From: Candidatus Delongbacteria bacterium
GTDB taxonomy: Bacteria > CAIWAD01
Length of the DNA stretch: 64,000 nucleotides
NCBI GenBank assembly: GCA_963663545.1
Contig: OY760505.1
Span: 3,104,001 to 3,168,000, forward strand
Reading direction: 5' to 3'
The notes beneath the pieces are model-generated. The model made no database searches. It worked only from the letters and a program-made list of their open reading frames with translations, and was not told the DNA's origin. Positions 30,440-41,342 of this stretch are shown here, one piece after another (the first letter of the stretch is position 1; the number at the start of each line of letters is the position of its first letter). The translations under genes were made by a program, and so were the position numbers.

Positions 30440-30760
30440 ACGTCGGCGTGTGCAGAACGCTGCGCCGGGTAAGGACCTGTCGTTGACGCGCCAGGCTTTG
30501 CTTCGAACACGATGCCTATCCGACACAAAGTGTCGGCAGCGATAGCGATTGAAACCCACTCCCGCATTTGCGAACAAAGCGCGTTTGTTTTTTGTCGCGA
30601 GAATCGGTGCTCCGGGGTAGGAGAAGCCCTTCGCCGCGCAAACACCCTACTCATATCCATCTCGATGGAGTACATTGGTGCTGCACACGGTGATCACGTA
30701 ACCCGGTGCGGTTCTGAGCCTGGACAGCGCACCAGGAAAGGGAGTCATTCAGGAGGAAGC

Positions 30761-33418
30761 ATGCTACGTGTTACAACAATGCTCGTCGGTGCCTTGTGGT
30801 TGGTCCAGTCCGCGATGGCCCTTGATGCATACGAGCACTATGTGCCCGGCGAGTTGACGGTCCGCTTTTTTGAGCATCCCGCAGTAGTTGAAGCCGACGG
30901 CGCCCTCAGTCTGGGTCTGCCGGGACTGGATCTGCTGAACCGCGAGCAGCCACTGCTCACGATCGAGCCCTTGTATCCGCATTACAAAATGCAGACCACG
31001 CCCGACCTGAGTCTGGACTATGTGCTGCATTTTGATGAGAGCACTGATCTGATCATACTTGCAGAGAAGTATGCGGCTACGGGGCTTGTGGAGTACGCTG
31101 AGCCCAACTGGCTGCTGCCCATGGAACGCATGCCCAACGATGAGAATACCGGCCTGCAATGGTATCTGGAGCGCATTGAGGCTTCGGAAGCCTGGGATAT
31201 TCTGCCCGAAACCCCCGATTATCCCGAGACCATTATTGCCATCATCGATAGCGGCGTGGACTGGAACCACCCCGACCTGATCCAGAATCTTTGGGTGAAT
31301 CCCGGCGAGGACCTGGACGGCGATGAGTTCGTGCCTTTCGGTTCCACGCCCGGCGATCCCGACGACATCAACAATGCCGACGATGACGATAACGGCTACA
31401 GCGACGACTTCTACGGCTACGATTTCGTCAATACCTGCAACGGTGCCCAAGGCGAAGACTGCTCCGGCGAGGACAACAATCCCATGGACTTCAACGGCCA
31501 TGGTACGCATTGCAGTGGTCTGGCGGCCGGTCGCACCAACAACGGTCTGGGAATGGCTAGCCCTTCCTGGAATGCACGCATCATGTGCCTGCGCGCTGGC
31601 TATGAAGATCCCGCGGGCGATGGTTTTGTGATCCAGAATGATGCAGCGCAAGGCATCTATTATGCCATGGCCAATGGCGCCAAGATCATCTCGATGAGTT
31701 TCGGCGGCTCCACCGTGTTGCGTACGCCAGCTACGGCAGCGTATGCGGCCGGCCTGCTCTGTTTGCACGCGGGCGGCAACGACGATGTTTCCACCTATGA
31801 TCAGCTTGACCTGGCCACGGGCATGGTGAGTGTCGCGGCAACAGATCAGAACGATTGCAAGGCCGAGTTCAGCCAGTTCGGTAACTGGGTCGATATCAGC
31901 GCACCCGGCGTCGCCATGTATGCCACCATTTTCAATGATGAGTATGAGTACCTGCAAGGTACATCAATGGCGTGCCCCTTGACCGCTTCGGTGGCGGCTC
32001 TCATCTGGAATGTGGATCCCGAGCTCAACAACCAGGAAGTACGTGCCCGGCTGCTGGGTACGGTGGACGATATCTATCACCTTTCCTGCAATGCCGACTA
32101 TCAGGGGCAGCTTGGCAGTGGACGCATCAACGCCTACCAGGCAGCCTACGACATTCGTCTGACCGAGCTGGAGTGGGTGGACTATGAGCTCAGCGATGAA
32201 TCCGGCGACGGTCGCTATACGGCCGGTGAAACAGTGGACGTGGCCTTCGCCGTGCGCAATACGGGCATCAACCACTCGGATTCACTCATCTGCCGTTTGA
32301 ACAGCGACGACGGCTATGTCAGTATCAGCGAACCGGTTCTCACTCTGGAGCCCGTCAACAGCGGAGCTACTCGCGTTGTTCACATGACGGCTACACTGCT
32401 GGCAGGGGCTCCGGCGCACTTCCTGACCCTCAACCTGCTGGTGGAATCGGCCAATGTGAACGAGAGCCTGGAACACAGTACCGAGTTGATGACGGGGACG
32501 ACCACTTGTCTGCTCTACGATGATTCCCAACCCGCCGACAGTGTTTACAGTACCTATTACACTGCGTTCCGGCAGGTCGGCCAGGTCTTTGATTGGTACC
32601 AGCCCGGTGGCTTCCCCGACATGCCCGGCGTGAGCTTTGATCTGAACAACTACGATCATGTGGTCTATGCCTCCGGTCGCAGCACCAGCACCATGGACGA
32701 GAGCGAGCAGACGCTCTTCAGTGGCTGGCTGTCAAGCTCCAGCAACAAACTGATCGTATCCAGCACCTACTTGAATGAGGACCTGGGCGGCAGCGACTTC
32801 TTTACCAATGTGATGCACGCCTCTTCAGGTGAGGGCTCCTCGAGCATGCGCAGTGTGCGCGGACTTCCCGCTGGCGAGTATTGCGATGGCTATTGGCTTC
32901 TGCTGCAGGGTGTGGGCGGCTCCAATGATCAGGATCTGCCGATTAGCGAGATCAACGCCCTGAACGGCGCGCAGGTCATGTTCCAGGATCATGCCAGCGC
33001 TTTTACTACCGGTATCTACACCGACAACCTGGTGTACATGGCTTTTGCCCTGGAAGCCGCCAGTGGGCTGAGCACTTCCCAGAGTGTGTCCGACGTGCTC
33101 AACGAGCTTTGGGGTTCCTATCTACATGTGGAAGAGGCAACACAGCAGCCGCTAACGACCCGTTTGTGCGGTGTGTATCCCAATCCCTTCAACCCGGTAA
33201 CACGCATTGTGGTCGAGATGCAGCAGGCGGGTGAGGTGGACCTGTGTGTTTACAATCTGCTGGGACAGGAGGCCGCGAGGCTCGCCCAGGGGCCATTGAC
33301 CGCCGGTAGCCACACCTTCACCTTTGATGGCTCTCAGTTTGCCAGCGGTGTCTATCTGGGTGTTCTGAATGTGGGTGGCCGTCGTGTGGATGTGGCCAAA
33401 ATGCTGCTGGTACGTTAA
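30761..33418 (+). CDS. S8 serine protease paralog with T9SS-type C-terminal domain
   Basis: IIDSG / NGHGTHC / QGTSMACP; YPNPFNPVT..YNLLGQE..KMLLVR; ATG after AGGAGG; colinear with 25695-28370. Confidence 0.92.
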   Translation: MLRVTTMLVGALWLVQSAMALDAYEHYVPGELTVRFFEHPAVVEADGALSLGLPGLDLLNREQPLLTIEPLYPHYKMQTTPDLSLDYVLHFDESTDLIILAEKYAATGLVEYAEPNWLLPMERMPNDENTGLQWYLERIEASEAWDILPETPDYPETIIAIIDSGVDWNHPDLIQNLWVNPGEDLDGDEFVPFGSTPGDPDDINNADDDDNGYSDDFYGYDFVNTCNGAQGEDCSGEDNNPMDFNGHGTHCSGLAAGRTNNGLGMASPSWNARIMCLRAGYEDPAGDGFVIQNDAAQGIYYAMANGAKIISMSFGGSTVLRTPATAAYAAGLLCLHAGGNDDVSTYDQLDLATGMVSVAATDQNDCKAEFSQFGNWVDISAPGVAMYATIFNDEYEYLQGTSMACPLTASVAALIWNVDPELNNQEVRARLLGTVDDIYHLSCNADYQGQLGSGRINAYQAAYDIRLTELEWVDYELSDESGDGRYTAGETVDVAFAVRNTGINHSDSLICRLNSDDGYVSISEPVLTLEPVNSGATRVVHMTATLLAGAPAHFLTLNLLVESANVNESLEHSTELMTGTTTCLLYDDSQPADSVYSTYYTAFRQVGQVFDWYQPGGFPDMPGVSFDLNNYDHVVYASGRSTSTMDESEQTLFSGWLSSSSNKLIVSSTYLNEDLGGSDFFTNVMHASSGEGSSSMRSVRGLPAGEYCDGYWLLLQGVGGSNDQDLPISEINALNGAQVMFQDHASAFTTGIYTDNLVYMAFALEAASGLSTSQSVSDVLNELWGSYLHVEEATQQPLTTRLCGVYPNPFNPVTRIVVEMQQAGEVDLCVYNLLGQEAARLAQGPLTAGSHTFTFDGSQFASGVYLGVLNVGGRRVDVAKMLLVR

Positions 33419-33449
33419 TCAGCCGCTTCTGTGCAATTCTGTGTGATAC

Positions 33450-33473
33450 AGGGGGACTTCGGTCCCCCTTCTT
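33450..33473 (+). terminator. Intrinsic terminator
   Basis: AGGGGGAC-TTCG-GTCCCCCT-TCTT. Confidence 0.75.
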
Positions 33474-33551
33474 ATTTAATGCGCCCGCTGTGCTGTATAT
33501 TTGTCCGGGTGGAGCAAACCTTCCGCATCTTGGAAGCATTACGAGGACAGT

Positions 33552-34073
33552 ATGCGCACTCTGTTTAGCGCAGGCCTTCTGGGTCTGCTTTTACTTCTGT
33601 TTTCTTCCTGTTCAAAGGACAGGGAATTCACCTCGCTGGACGAAACACTGAGCGTCAATCCCCACGGCCAGTGGGTATGGGCCTACGATATCAAAGCGCC
33701 CTACGACATCAAGATTCGCCATGTGCCTACCCAGACCCTGTTCCTGATCAGCACCATCGAGAAGCAGTACAGCCCCTCGCAGATCCTCTCAGAAGTGGCG
33801 GAGATCCGCTGCGTCGAGTTCATTGAGGATCTGGGTTGCGCGCGTCCCCAGTTGACGCCTGTGGAGCTTGTGGTGGACAGCATGAGCGCCGTCCAGTTCA
33901 AGGTGCCCTACTCGGTCGAAGGTCAGGACGCCTATCTGGTGGATACCACCATTGATGGCGCGGACGCTTTTTATCGCATGTTGGGGCTTGTGTCGCAGAA
34001 GCACTTCGAGAAAATGGTTCCGGCACTGGATGAAGTGATCGCCAGTTTCCGTGTGGACCGCAAACAAGACTAG
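33552..34073 (+). CDS. Hypothetical lipoprotein
   Basis: MRTLFSAGLLGLLLLLFSSC lipobox; GAGGA RBS. Confidence 0.65.
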   Translation: MRTLFSAGLLGLLLLLFSSCSKDREFTSLDETLSVNPHGQWVWAYDIKAPYDIKIRHVPTQTLFLISTIEKQYSPSQILSEVAEIRCVEFIEDLGCARPQLTPVELVVDSMSAVQFKVPYSVEGQDAYLVDTTIDGADAFYRMLGLVSQKHFEKMVPALDEVIASFRVDRKQD

Positions 34074-34199
34074 GCGTTTTTCCGCATTTGTATCACACCT
34101 GCAAAGGCCTGTGATAGTGCGTCTGTGGACTGTCTGATTTGACTCCTGGCGGCCACAGTGGGAAATTGAACGCGGATCAAACCAAGTGAGGATACCATC

Positions 34200-35891
34200 A
34201 TGAAGGAATTCCGCTCCCCGCGCGGTACCGAAATATCCTGTCAGGGCTGGATTCAGGAAGCCGCCCTGCGCATGCTGCTGAACAATCTGGACCCCGAAGT
34301 CGCCGAAGAACCTGACAAGCTAATCGTCTACGGTGGTACGGGGCGCGCAGCACGTAATCACGAGGCGCTCGAGGCCATTCTGAACACGCTGCGCCGTCTG
34401 AAAGAAGACGAGACGCTGCTGGTACAGAGCGGCAAGCCCGTTGGTGTAGCACGCACTCACAAGGATGCGCCGCGCGTGATCATTGCCAATTCCAACTTGG
34501 TTCCGCAGTGGGCCAACTGGGAGCATTTTCACGAGCTGGAGCGCGCCGGGTTGATGATGTACGGCCAGATGACCGCGGGCAGCTGGATTTACATTGGTAC
34601 CCAGGGCATTTTGCAGGGCACCTACGAGACCTTCATTGCTGCTGCCCGTCAAGACCTGGGCAAGGACAACCTGAAAGGCACGCTTACGGTGTCCGGCGGA
34701 CTGGGCGGTATGAGCGGTGCACAGCCCCTGGCCGCAGTGATGGCGGGTGGCGTTTATCTGGGTGCGGAAGTGGATCCGGCCCGCATCGGCAAGCGCTTTG
34801 CCAGTGCCCGCCCGCGCTATCTGGATGAGAAAATTGACGATCTAAATGCCGCCATTGACCGTGCGCTGGCAGCCCGTGCCAAGGGAGAGGCCCTCAGCAT
34901 CGGCTGGTGTGGCAACATTGTCGACATGCTGCGTCGTCTGGCAGAGCGCGATATCACCCCGGATCTGTTGACCGATCAGACCAGTGCCCACGACGAGCTC
35001 GACGGCTACGTGCCTGCGGGTATGAGCTTTGACGAAGCCGTTGCGCTGCGCAAGAGCGATCCCGGCGCTTACAAGACGGCGAGCTATCGCACCATGGCCC
35101 AGCACGTCGGTTTGATGCTCAAGTTGCAGGAGCGCGGTGCCATCACGTTCGATTACGGCAACAATCTGCGTGCCAAGGCGGTCGAGGGTGGTTTCATCCA
35201 GGAGTCGGAAGTGCGGCAGGCTAATGGCCACTGGCGCTATCCGGGATTTGTGCCGGCTTACATCCGTCCGCTTTTCTGCCGCGGTCGCGGGCCTTTCCGC
35301 TGGGCGGCGCTGTCGGGCGACCCCAAGGATATCGAAGTGACCGACCAGATCATCAAGGAGCTCTTTCCCGAGGACAAAGCTCTGCTGAACTGGATCGACA
35401 AGGCCGCCGCCATGATTCCCTACCAGGGCCTACCCGCGCGCATCTGCTGGCTGGGCTACGGCGAGCGTCACCGTGCCGGACTCGCCTTCAACAAGGCCGT
35501 GGCTGACGGACGCATCAGCGCACCCATTGTCATCGGTCGCGACCATCTGGACTGCGGTAGCGTAGCCAGCCCCAATCGCGAGACCGAAGCCATGCGTGAT
35601 GGCACCGACGCCGTCAGCGATTGGCCGCTGCTTAATCTGATGCTCAACACCGCCAGCGGAGCGAGCTGGGTCAGCTTCCATCATGGCGGTGGAGTGGGCA
35701 TGGGCTACAGCCAGCACGCCGGTCAGGTGATTGTCGCCGACGGTACTTCTGAAGCCGGTGCCCGCTTGGAGCGCGTACTAACCAACGATCCGCTGATGGG
35801 CATCTTCCGTCATGTGGACGCGGGTTACGATGAGGCGCTGGAGTGCGCACGCGAGCATGGCGTGGATATTCCGATGATGCCCAAGGAATAA
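34200..35891 (+). CDS. hutU: Urocanate hydratase
   Basis: [60 protein letters not shown]. Confidence 0.97.
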   Translation: MKEFRSPRGTEISCQGWIQEAALRMLLNNLDPEVAEEPDKLIVYGGTGRAARNHEALEAILNTLRRLKEDETLLVQSGKPVGVARTHKDAPRVIIANSNLVPQWANWEHFHELERAGLMMYGQMTAGSWIYIGTQGILQGTYETFIAAARQDLGKDNLKGTLTVSGGLGGMSGAQPLAAVMAGGVYLGAEVDPARIGKRFASARPRYLDEKIDDLNAAIDRALAARAKGEALSIGWCGNIVDMLRRLAERDITPDLLTDQTSAHDELDGYVPAGMSFDEAVALRKSDPGAYKTASYRTMAQHVGLMLKLQERGAITFDYGNNLRAKAVEGGFIQESEVRQANGHWRYPGFVPAYIRPLFCRGRGPFRWAALSGDPKDIEVTDQIIKELFPEDKALLNWIDKAAAMIPYQGLPARICWLGYGERHRAGLAFNKAVADGRISAPIVIGRDHLDCGSVASPNRETEAMRDGTDAVSDWPLLNLMLNTASGASWVSFHHGGGVGMGYSQHAGQVIVADGTSEAGARLERVLTNDPLMGIFRHVDAGYDEALECAREHGVDIPMMPKE

Positions 35892-35975
35892 CACGCGGGC
35901 GTTGTGCCCGAGCTAAGCATTTGATCGCGGGGTCGGCGGTTTTCCGCTCGGCCCCGTGTGACACAAGGAGGGCGC

Positions 35976-36626
35976 GTGGCGGGAGTTTGCTGGGTTGACA
36001 AGACGGTGTTCTACGCCAGCATTGGGATCGCCAGGCTGCTGACCTTTGCCTGGTTTCGTGTTACAGTGGAAGGCACTGAACACCGCGGTGTTCGGCCAGC
36101 CCTCTACGTCATCAACCACAGCTCAAATCTTGATGTCCCTATCCTTGCCTGGGTTGTAAAAGGGCCGGTTCGTTTTCTGGCCAAAGAAGAGCTCTTTCGT
36201 GTACCCGTGCTTTCCTTGTGGCTGCGCTGCGTGGGTGGAATTCCCGTTGCGCGCGGACAAGGCGACCAGAAAGCTTTGGATACTGCACTCATGCATCTGC
36301 GCTCTGGTGGTGTGCTTTTCATGGCGCCGGAAGGGACGCGCAAAGGGCAACCCGGCGAGCGTCCTGTGCGCAGTGGCTTCATTCGTCTGGCGCAGCTGGC
36401 CCGTTGTCCTGTGGTTCCCGTGGCCGTCAGCGGTGCTGGGGAGGCTATGCCGCCTGGAGCCCGCTTTCCGCGCCCGAAGCGTCTACGCTTGCGGATTGGC
36501 AAGCCCTTGTTGCTAGATCCAGTAGAAGTCAATGTTGAGAATCGTGATACACTGCGCGAGCAAGCCAACGAGGTGATGCGCATTGTGTATCACATGAAAG
36601 AGAACCTGGATGCCAACAGGAGTTGA
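35976..36626 (+). CDS. plsC: Lysophospholipid acyltransferase (PlsC family)
   Basis: NHSSNLD, FLAKEELF, APEGTR; GTG start after AGGAGG. Confidence 0.85.
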   Translation: MAGVCWVDKTVFYASIGIARLLTFAWFRVTVEGTEHRGVRPALYVINHSSNLDVPILAWVVKGPVRFLAKEELFRVPVLSLWLRCVGGIPVARGQGDQKALDTALMHLRSGGVLFMAPEGTRKGQPGERPVRSGFIRLAQLARCPVVPVAVSGAGEAMPPGARFPRPKRLRLRIGKPLLLDPVEVNVENRDTLREQANEVMRIVYHMKENLDANRS

Positions 36627-36632
36627 TGCACC

Positions 36633-37862
36633 ATGGATCTGCTAATCAAAAACTGCGGTCCCATTCATTCGCCGAGTACAGAGCGGATGTATCACATGCC
36701 ACGACTGGAAGGTGAAACAATACTTGTGCTCGGTGGGCATATTGTGGCCGTTGGCGAAGCCGCTGATGCGGCCATGTGCCAAGCGCTTGTGCATGGCGTT
36801 CCTGAGCTGAATGCGGAAGGCGCACTGGTGTTGCCCGGTTTCGTGGACAGTCACACGCATCCCGTTTTCAACGAACTGCGCGCTGCTGAGTATGAAATGC
36901 GCAACCTGGGGCGCAGCTATCTGGAAATTCAGCAGGCGGGCGGAGGCATTTTGAGTAGCCGTCGCAGTTTGCAGGAAGCGCCTCGTGATACGTTGAAAGA
37001 ATTGGTCCGCCAAAGGCTTCGCCACTTCCTGGAACTGGGCACGACAACCATTGAGGGCAAGAGTGGCTATGGCCTTTCTGTAGAACATGAGCTGCTTAGT
37101 CTGCGCCTGCTGAAGGAGCTTGCAGGCGAAGAGCCCATCCGCATTCGTGGTACTCTGCTGGCCGCGCACAGCGTTCCACCCGAGTACCGGGAGAACCGCG
37201 AGGAGTGGTTCAGGCAGATCGAAGAAGAAATTCTGCCGGTTGTAAAGCGCGAAGCTTTGGCCGACTATATCGATGCCTTCTGCGAACCCAAAGTGATTAC
37301 GTTGGATGAAACCGAGCGCATTTGCCGTGCGGGCATGAGTCACGGATTGCGGGTAAAACTGCATGCCGATCAGATTGAAGCCTACGGAGGCGGGGCGCTG
37401 GCGGCACGCCTGCAAGCGCTCTCGGCCGACCACCTCGAACAGATTGATGAGGCCGGGATCAGGCAGATGGTAGAAGCGGGTACCGTCTTCGCACTACTGC
37501 CCGGAGCCAGTTTCTTTCTGGGCCAGACAAAGCACGCGCCAGCGCGTAACATCATTGAGGCTGGCGGTTGCATCGCCCTCTGCACCGACTACAACCCGGG
37601 GTCAAGCCACATTCAATCCATGCCGCTCATATTGACGCTGGCGACAAGTCAGATGAAGATGAGTGCCGAAGAAGCCATCTGGGCGGCAACCCTGGGCGGC
37701 GCACGGGCCATGGGGCTGGAGGCTGAGACGGGGTGCATCGAGGCCGGCTTTTCGGCCGATTTGGCGCTCTGGCCGCTGCGAGAGCTGAACGAACTGCCCT
37801 ATTATGCCGGAGACATCCGGCCGAGCAAGGTGATCAGCGGTGGTCGCGTGTTGCATGTGTGA
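36633..37862 (+). CDS. hutI: Imidazolonepropionase
   Basis: PGFVDSHTHPVF, GGGILSS, EGKSGYGL, LHADQ, SADHLE, TDYNPGS. Confidence 0.95.
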   Translation: MDLLIKNCGPIHSPSTERMYHMPRLEGETILVLGGHIVAVGEAADAAMCQALVHGVPELNAEGALVLPGFVDSHTHPVFNELRAAEYEMRNLGRSYLEIQQAGGGILSSRRSLQEAPRDTLKELVRQRLRHFLELGTTTIEGKSGYGLSVEHELLSLRLLKELAGEEPIRIRGTLLAAHSVPPEYRENREEWFRQIEEEILPVVKREALADYIDAFCEPKVITLDETERICRAGMSHGLRVKLHADQIEAYGGGALAARLQALSADHLEQIDEAGIRQMVEAGTVFALLPGASFFLGQTKHAPARNIIEAGGCIALCTDYNPGSSHIQSMPLILTLATSQMKMSAEEAIWAATLGGARAMGLEAETGCIEAGFSADLALWPLRELNELPYYAGDIRPSKVISGGRVLHV

Positions 37863-37926
37863 CACAGATTTTCGCTGAAGGGTTTTTTCCATTGCGTCAG
37901 TACTGACGACTGAATTATTCTAGGCC

Positions 37927-39534
37927 ATGGACCAACTGATCCGCCAACTCTTCTTGAATCCACCCCCGGGAGTATCTGCTGGAGATTTCAGCCAGGTCAC
38001 TCTGGGGCAGCTGATTCAGACGCTTGAGAACATCGCAGCCGAAAGACGCATGCCGTTTCGCGTGATACACTGCTGGAATCGGCGCCACTTTCCTGACTTG
38101 CCCGTACTGCCGGTTAACCGGCATCTTCCTGCGGCAAATTACCAGGATCTGACTCCTTTGCTGGGGAATACCAGCACGGCGATGCTCTACCTCTACGACG
38201 ACGGTAAGGATTGCTTCACCCTGGCGGGCACTCTCAGCGATCGCCCGGACATCAGCGTGTTTGAGCGCAAAATCAGTGTGCAGGCTTTATGGAGCTTCGA
38301 GCGCAGCGTACAGCAGCAATTGCTGCAGGAGGCCGCGCATTTCACGACTCTGATGCCAGCGCCGGTGAACAACGCAGTAGCGCCCACCAACCTGGATGGC
38401 TTTTTCCACGGACAGCTGGTCAGCTTCCTGGAGGAAAGCCTGCTGGAAAGCGGCCAGACCTTGCACCTGATCACAGGTATCCTAAAGGTGCAGAAGACCA
38501 TTGTCCGCGAGTTGGACTTTGAACGACTGCTGGAGCTGATCGGGAGTACCCTGATCGAGACCTTTCGTTTTGAGCTGGGCGAGCTGAGCCTGTGGAACGA
38601 AGACTCGGCCACGCTGGAACACCAGGTTACCTGGAATGCCGCGCGCGAAGAGCAGCACTTGAATCAGAATCTGCTGATTCTGCTGGATCAGGAGCTCGAA
38701 CGCGAATTCTTTGACAATGGCGCACCGGTCGTGCTGGATCGTCTGATGAAGCACCCAGTCATTTTGAATCACAAACTCATCGAGATCCTGGGTCTGCGCT
38801 TCGCCATCTTTTTGCCACTGATCGCGGGCGAAGACCGCATCGGCATGCTGAAAATGTATTACACGCGCAGCGAGCTGATCAGTCCTGCGCGGCTTGCCTG
38901 GCTGGATGAACTCTCGCAGTTGCTGGCGGACGCCATCCTGAATGCCCGAGAGCACACGCGCGCTTTCGAGCTGGCCACCAAGGACAGCCTGACCAATCTG
39001 CACAATCGTCGCTACTTCGAAGAGCAGTTCTACATTGAACTGGAACGCAGCAAGCGTACCGGCAGCAGTCTTTGTCTGCTGATGCTGGATGTGGATCACT
39101 TCAAGCAATACAACGACCGCAACGGTCACCTGATGGGCGACGAGGTGCTGATTCGTGTAGCACGGCTGGTCAAGGGCTGCATTCGTGCGGTGGACTTCCT
39201 GGCGCGTTATGGTGGCGAGGAATTCATCATTCTGCTCACCGGGGCCAATGGAGATGTAGGTCGGCTGGTGGGTGAGAAGATCCGCTCACGTGTCGAGGAA
39301 GAGAGCTTCATCAACCAGAGCAATCAGCCCAGCGGCAATCTGACCGTCAGCATTGGCGTAGCCGAAATGGAACGTGATACGAAACAGCTTGAGCAGCTCA
39401 TTCGTTCAGCGGATCGCGCCCTGTACTTCGCCAAGGAAAATGGCCGCAACCTCGTGGTTTCATCCGTGGGTGATCGCTTTGTAGCACACGAACACGCTAA
39501 CGCCAACGCAGAGAGTGAGGATGAGCAAGGATAG
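37927..39534 (+). CDS. GAF-domain diguanylate cyclase
   Basis: DSLTNLHNRR, DVDHFKQYND, RAVD I-site, RYGGEEF. Confidence 0.9.
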   Translation: MDQLIRQLFLNPPPGVSAGDFSQVTLGQLIQTLENIAAERRMPFRVIHCWNRRHFPDLPVLPVNRHLPAANYQDLTPLLGNTSTAMLYLYDDGKDCFTLAGTLSDRPDISVFERKISVQALWSFERSVQQQLLQEAAHFTTLMPAPVNNAVAPTNLDGFFHGQLVSFLEESLLESGQTLHLITGILKVQKTIVRELDFERLLELIGSTLIETFRFELGELSLWNEDSATLEHQVTWNAAREEQHLNQNLLILLDQELEREFFDNGAPVVLDRLMKHPVILNHKLIEILGLRFAIFLPLIAGEDRIGMLKMYYTRSELISPARLAWLDELSQLLADAILNAREHTRAFELATKDSLTNLHNRRYFEEQFYIELERSKRTGSSLCLLMLDVDHFKQYNDRNGHLMGDEVLIRVARLVKGCIRAVDFLARYGGEEFIILLTGANGDVGRLVGEKIRSRVEEESFINQSNQPSGNLTVSIGVAEMERDTKQLEQLIRSADRALYFAKENGRNLVVSSVGDRFVAHEHANANAESEDEQG

Positions 39535-40492
39535 CCTCGTCCTGCTGGGTCCGACGGCCAGCGGTAAAACCGCCCTCGCTGTGGCCTTGGCGCGCTGTTT
39601 GGACGCTGAGATCGTCAGCGCGGACTCCCGTCAGGTGTATCGCAAACTCGATATCGGCACAGGTAAAGATCTGCACACGTACTCAAGCGGCGGCGCAGTA
39701 GTGCCGGTGCATATGTTGGATTGCGTCGATCTGCCCGAAGAGTATCACCTCTTTCGCTACCAGCGCGAGTGCTTCGCTGCCATTCACGACCTCTGGAGCC
39801 GTGACCGTCGTGTACTGGTCTGCGGCGGCACGGGTCTTTTTCTGGACTGTCTGCTAAGTGGCTATCAGCTCGTGGAAGCGCCGGAGGACGAAGAGTTCCG
39901 CGCAGCAGTGGCGGACGTGGACGAAGAGGCGCTTGCCCGCGTTTATCTGCGTGTTACAAAAAATCCGCACAACATCACCGATCTGGAGGGCCGCGGGCGT
40001 TTGCTGCGAGCGCTGGAGATTCAGGCCGCGCGCTGCGGTGTATCACCTACGGAGCTGCTATTCGCCAAGGCGCCACTGAAAGAAAATGCGCTGCCGCAGA
40101 CCGAGGCGCTAGAGGCGATCGTGCTGGGCCTCGATTGGCCACCGGATCTGCTGCGTGAGCGTATTGGGCACCGTCTGGACGAGCGACTGCGCGAAGGCAT
40201 GCTGGAAGAAGTGCATGGGCTGCTTCAAGCAGGTATCACGCCGGAGCGCTTGCTTCGCCTGGGGCTTGAGTACCGTTGGCTGACGCAGCATCTCCAAGGC
40301 GAGATCAGCTTCAAAGCCATGCGACAAGGTCTTTATCGCGCCATCTGCGAGTTCGCCCGTCGGCAGCGCATGTGGTTCAGGCGCATGGAGCGAAGAGGTC
40401 AGGTGATCCACTGGCTCAGTGGCGAAGACACTCAACTTGTCTCACGAGCGCTGGCTGTACTCGAGCATCGGGGCATCCACAGTTCCTGTTGA
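39521..40492 (+). CDS. miaA: tRNA dimethylallyltransferase
   Basis: GPTASGKT, SADSRQVY..LDIGTGK, GGTGLF, ARRQRMWFR. Confidence 0.92.
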   Translation: MSKDSLVLLGPTASGKTALAVALARCLDAEIVSADSRQVYRKLDIGTGKDLHTYSSGGAVVPVHMLDCVDLPEEYHLFRYQRECFAAIHDLWSRDRRVLVCGGTGLFLDCLLSGYQLVEAPEDEEFRAAVADVDEEALARVYLRVTKNPHNITDLEGRGRLLRALEIQAARCGVSPTELLFAKAPLKENALPQTEALEAIVLGLDWPPDLLRERIGHRLDERLREGMLEEVHGLLQAGITPERLLRLGLEYRWLTQHLQGEISFKAMRQGLYRAICEFARRQRMWFRRMERRGQVIHWLSGEDTQLVSRALAVLEHRGIHSSC

Positions 40493-40637
40493 ACCTGCCG
40501 TAGTTCTCATCGTGTCAATATTGAATCACGTGGGCGCTTGCCCGCCAAAGGTGCCGGTCCGATATTATGGCCGACAAAGAGCAGCTCTGGCTGTGGGTAT
40601 CAAGCGTTCCTCGGTCGACTTAGGAATCAGGAGAAGC

Positions 40638-41342
40638 GTGCAAACGGCTCTGGTCATCCCCGCACGAAATGCCGCTCACAGCCTTCCCGAAGTGTTGGAA
40701 GCAGCTCTAGAAGTTATCGCGCGCGAGGAAATACTGGTCGTCGATGACGCCTCCACTGATGACACTGCCGACTGTGTGCGCCGGATGAACATTTCTGTGT
40801 TGCGTACTACAAAGGCCAGCGGACAAGGCAAGGGTGCCGCGCTGCGCTGTGCCTTTCGGCATTGCCTGGCGGAGGGCGTCGAGCGCATTGTAACGCTGGA
40901 CGCCGATGGTCAGCACGACGCGCGCTTGCTTCCGCAGCTGCTCGAGCACTTTGACAGGGAAGGTCTGGACCTGCTGCTTGGCGATCGCGGTTTTCATGAT
41001 GATCCCTCATCCATGCCCTGGGATAGACGCTTTTCCAACCGTGTTACAACCGCGCTGCTCAACTGGCGTACCGGTCTGAGTTTGCGCGACAGTCAGTGCG
41101 GATACCGTGTGATACGCGCATGGCTGCTTGAGGAAGATGCCTTTCGCTGCACGGGTTTTGATTTTGAAAGTGAGTTGCTGTTGTACGCCAGCGAACGTGG
41201 TGCGCGAATCGGCGAAGCTCCGGTCCCCTTGGTGTACAACGAAACTGGCAGTCATATGCATCGACTGCGTGATACATTGGCCTTCGTCCGGCTCTACTGC
41301 CGGAGCCTGAGGAAAGGGAGCTGGCATGGATCTGGCGCGTAG
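40638..41342 (+). CDS. Glycosyltransferase family 2 (DPM-synthase-like)
   Basis: VIPARN, VVDDASTD, GKGAAL, LDADGQH, DSQCGYR; GTG start after AGGAG. Confidence 0.88.
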   Translation: MQTALVIPARNAAHSLPEVLEAALEVIAREEILVVDDASTDDTADCVRRMNISVLRTTKASGQGKGAALRCAFRHCLAEGVERIVTLDADGQHDARLLPQLLEHFDREGLDLLLGDRGFHDDPSSMPWDRRFSNRVTTALLNWRTGLSLRDSQCGYRVIRAWLLEEDAFRCTGFDFESELLLYASERGARIGEAPVPLVYNETGSHMHRLRDTLAFVRLYCRSLRKGSWHGSGA

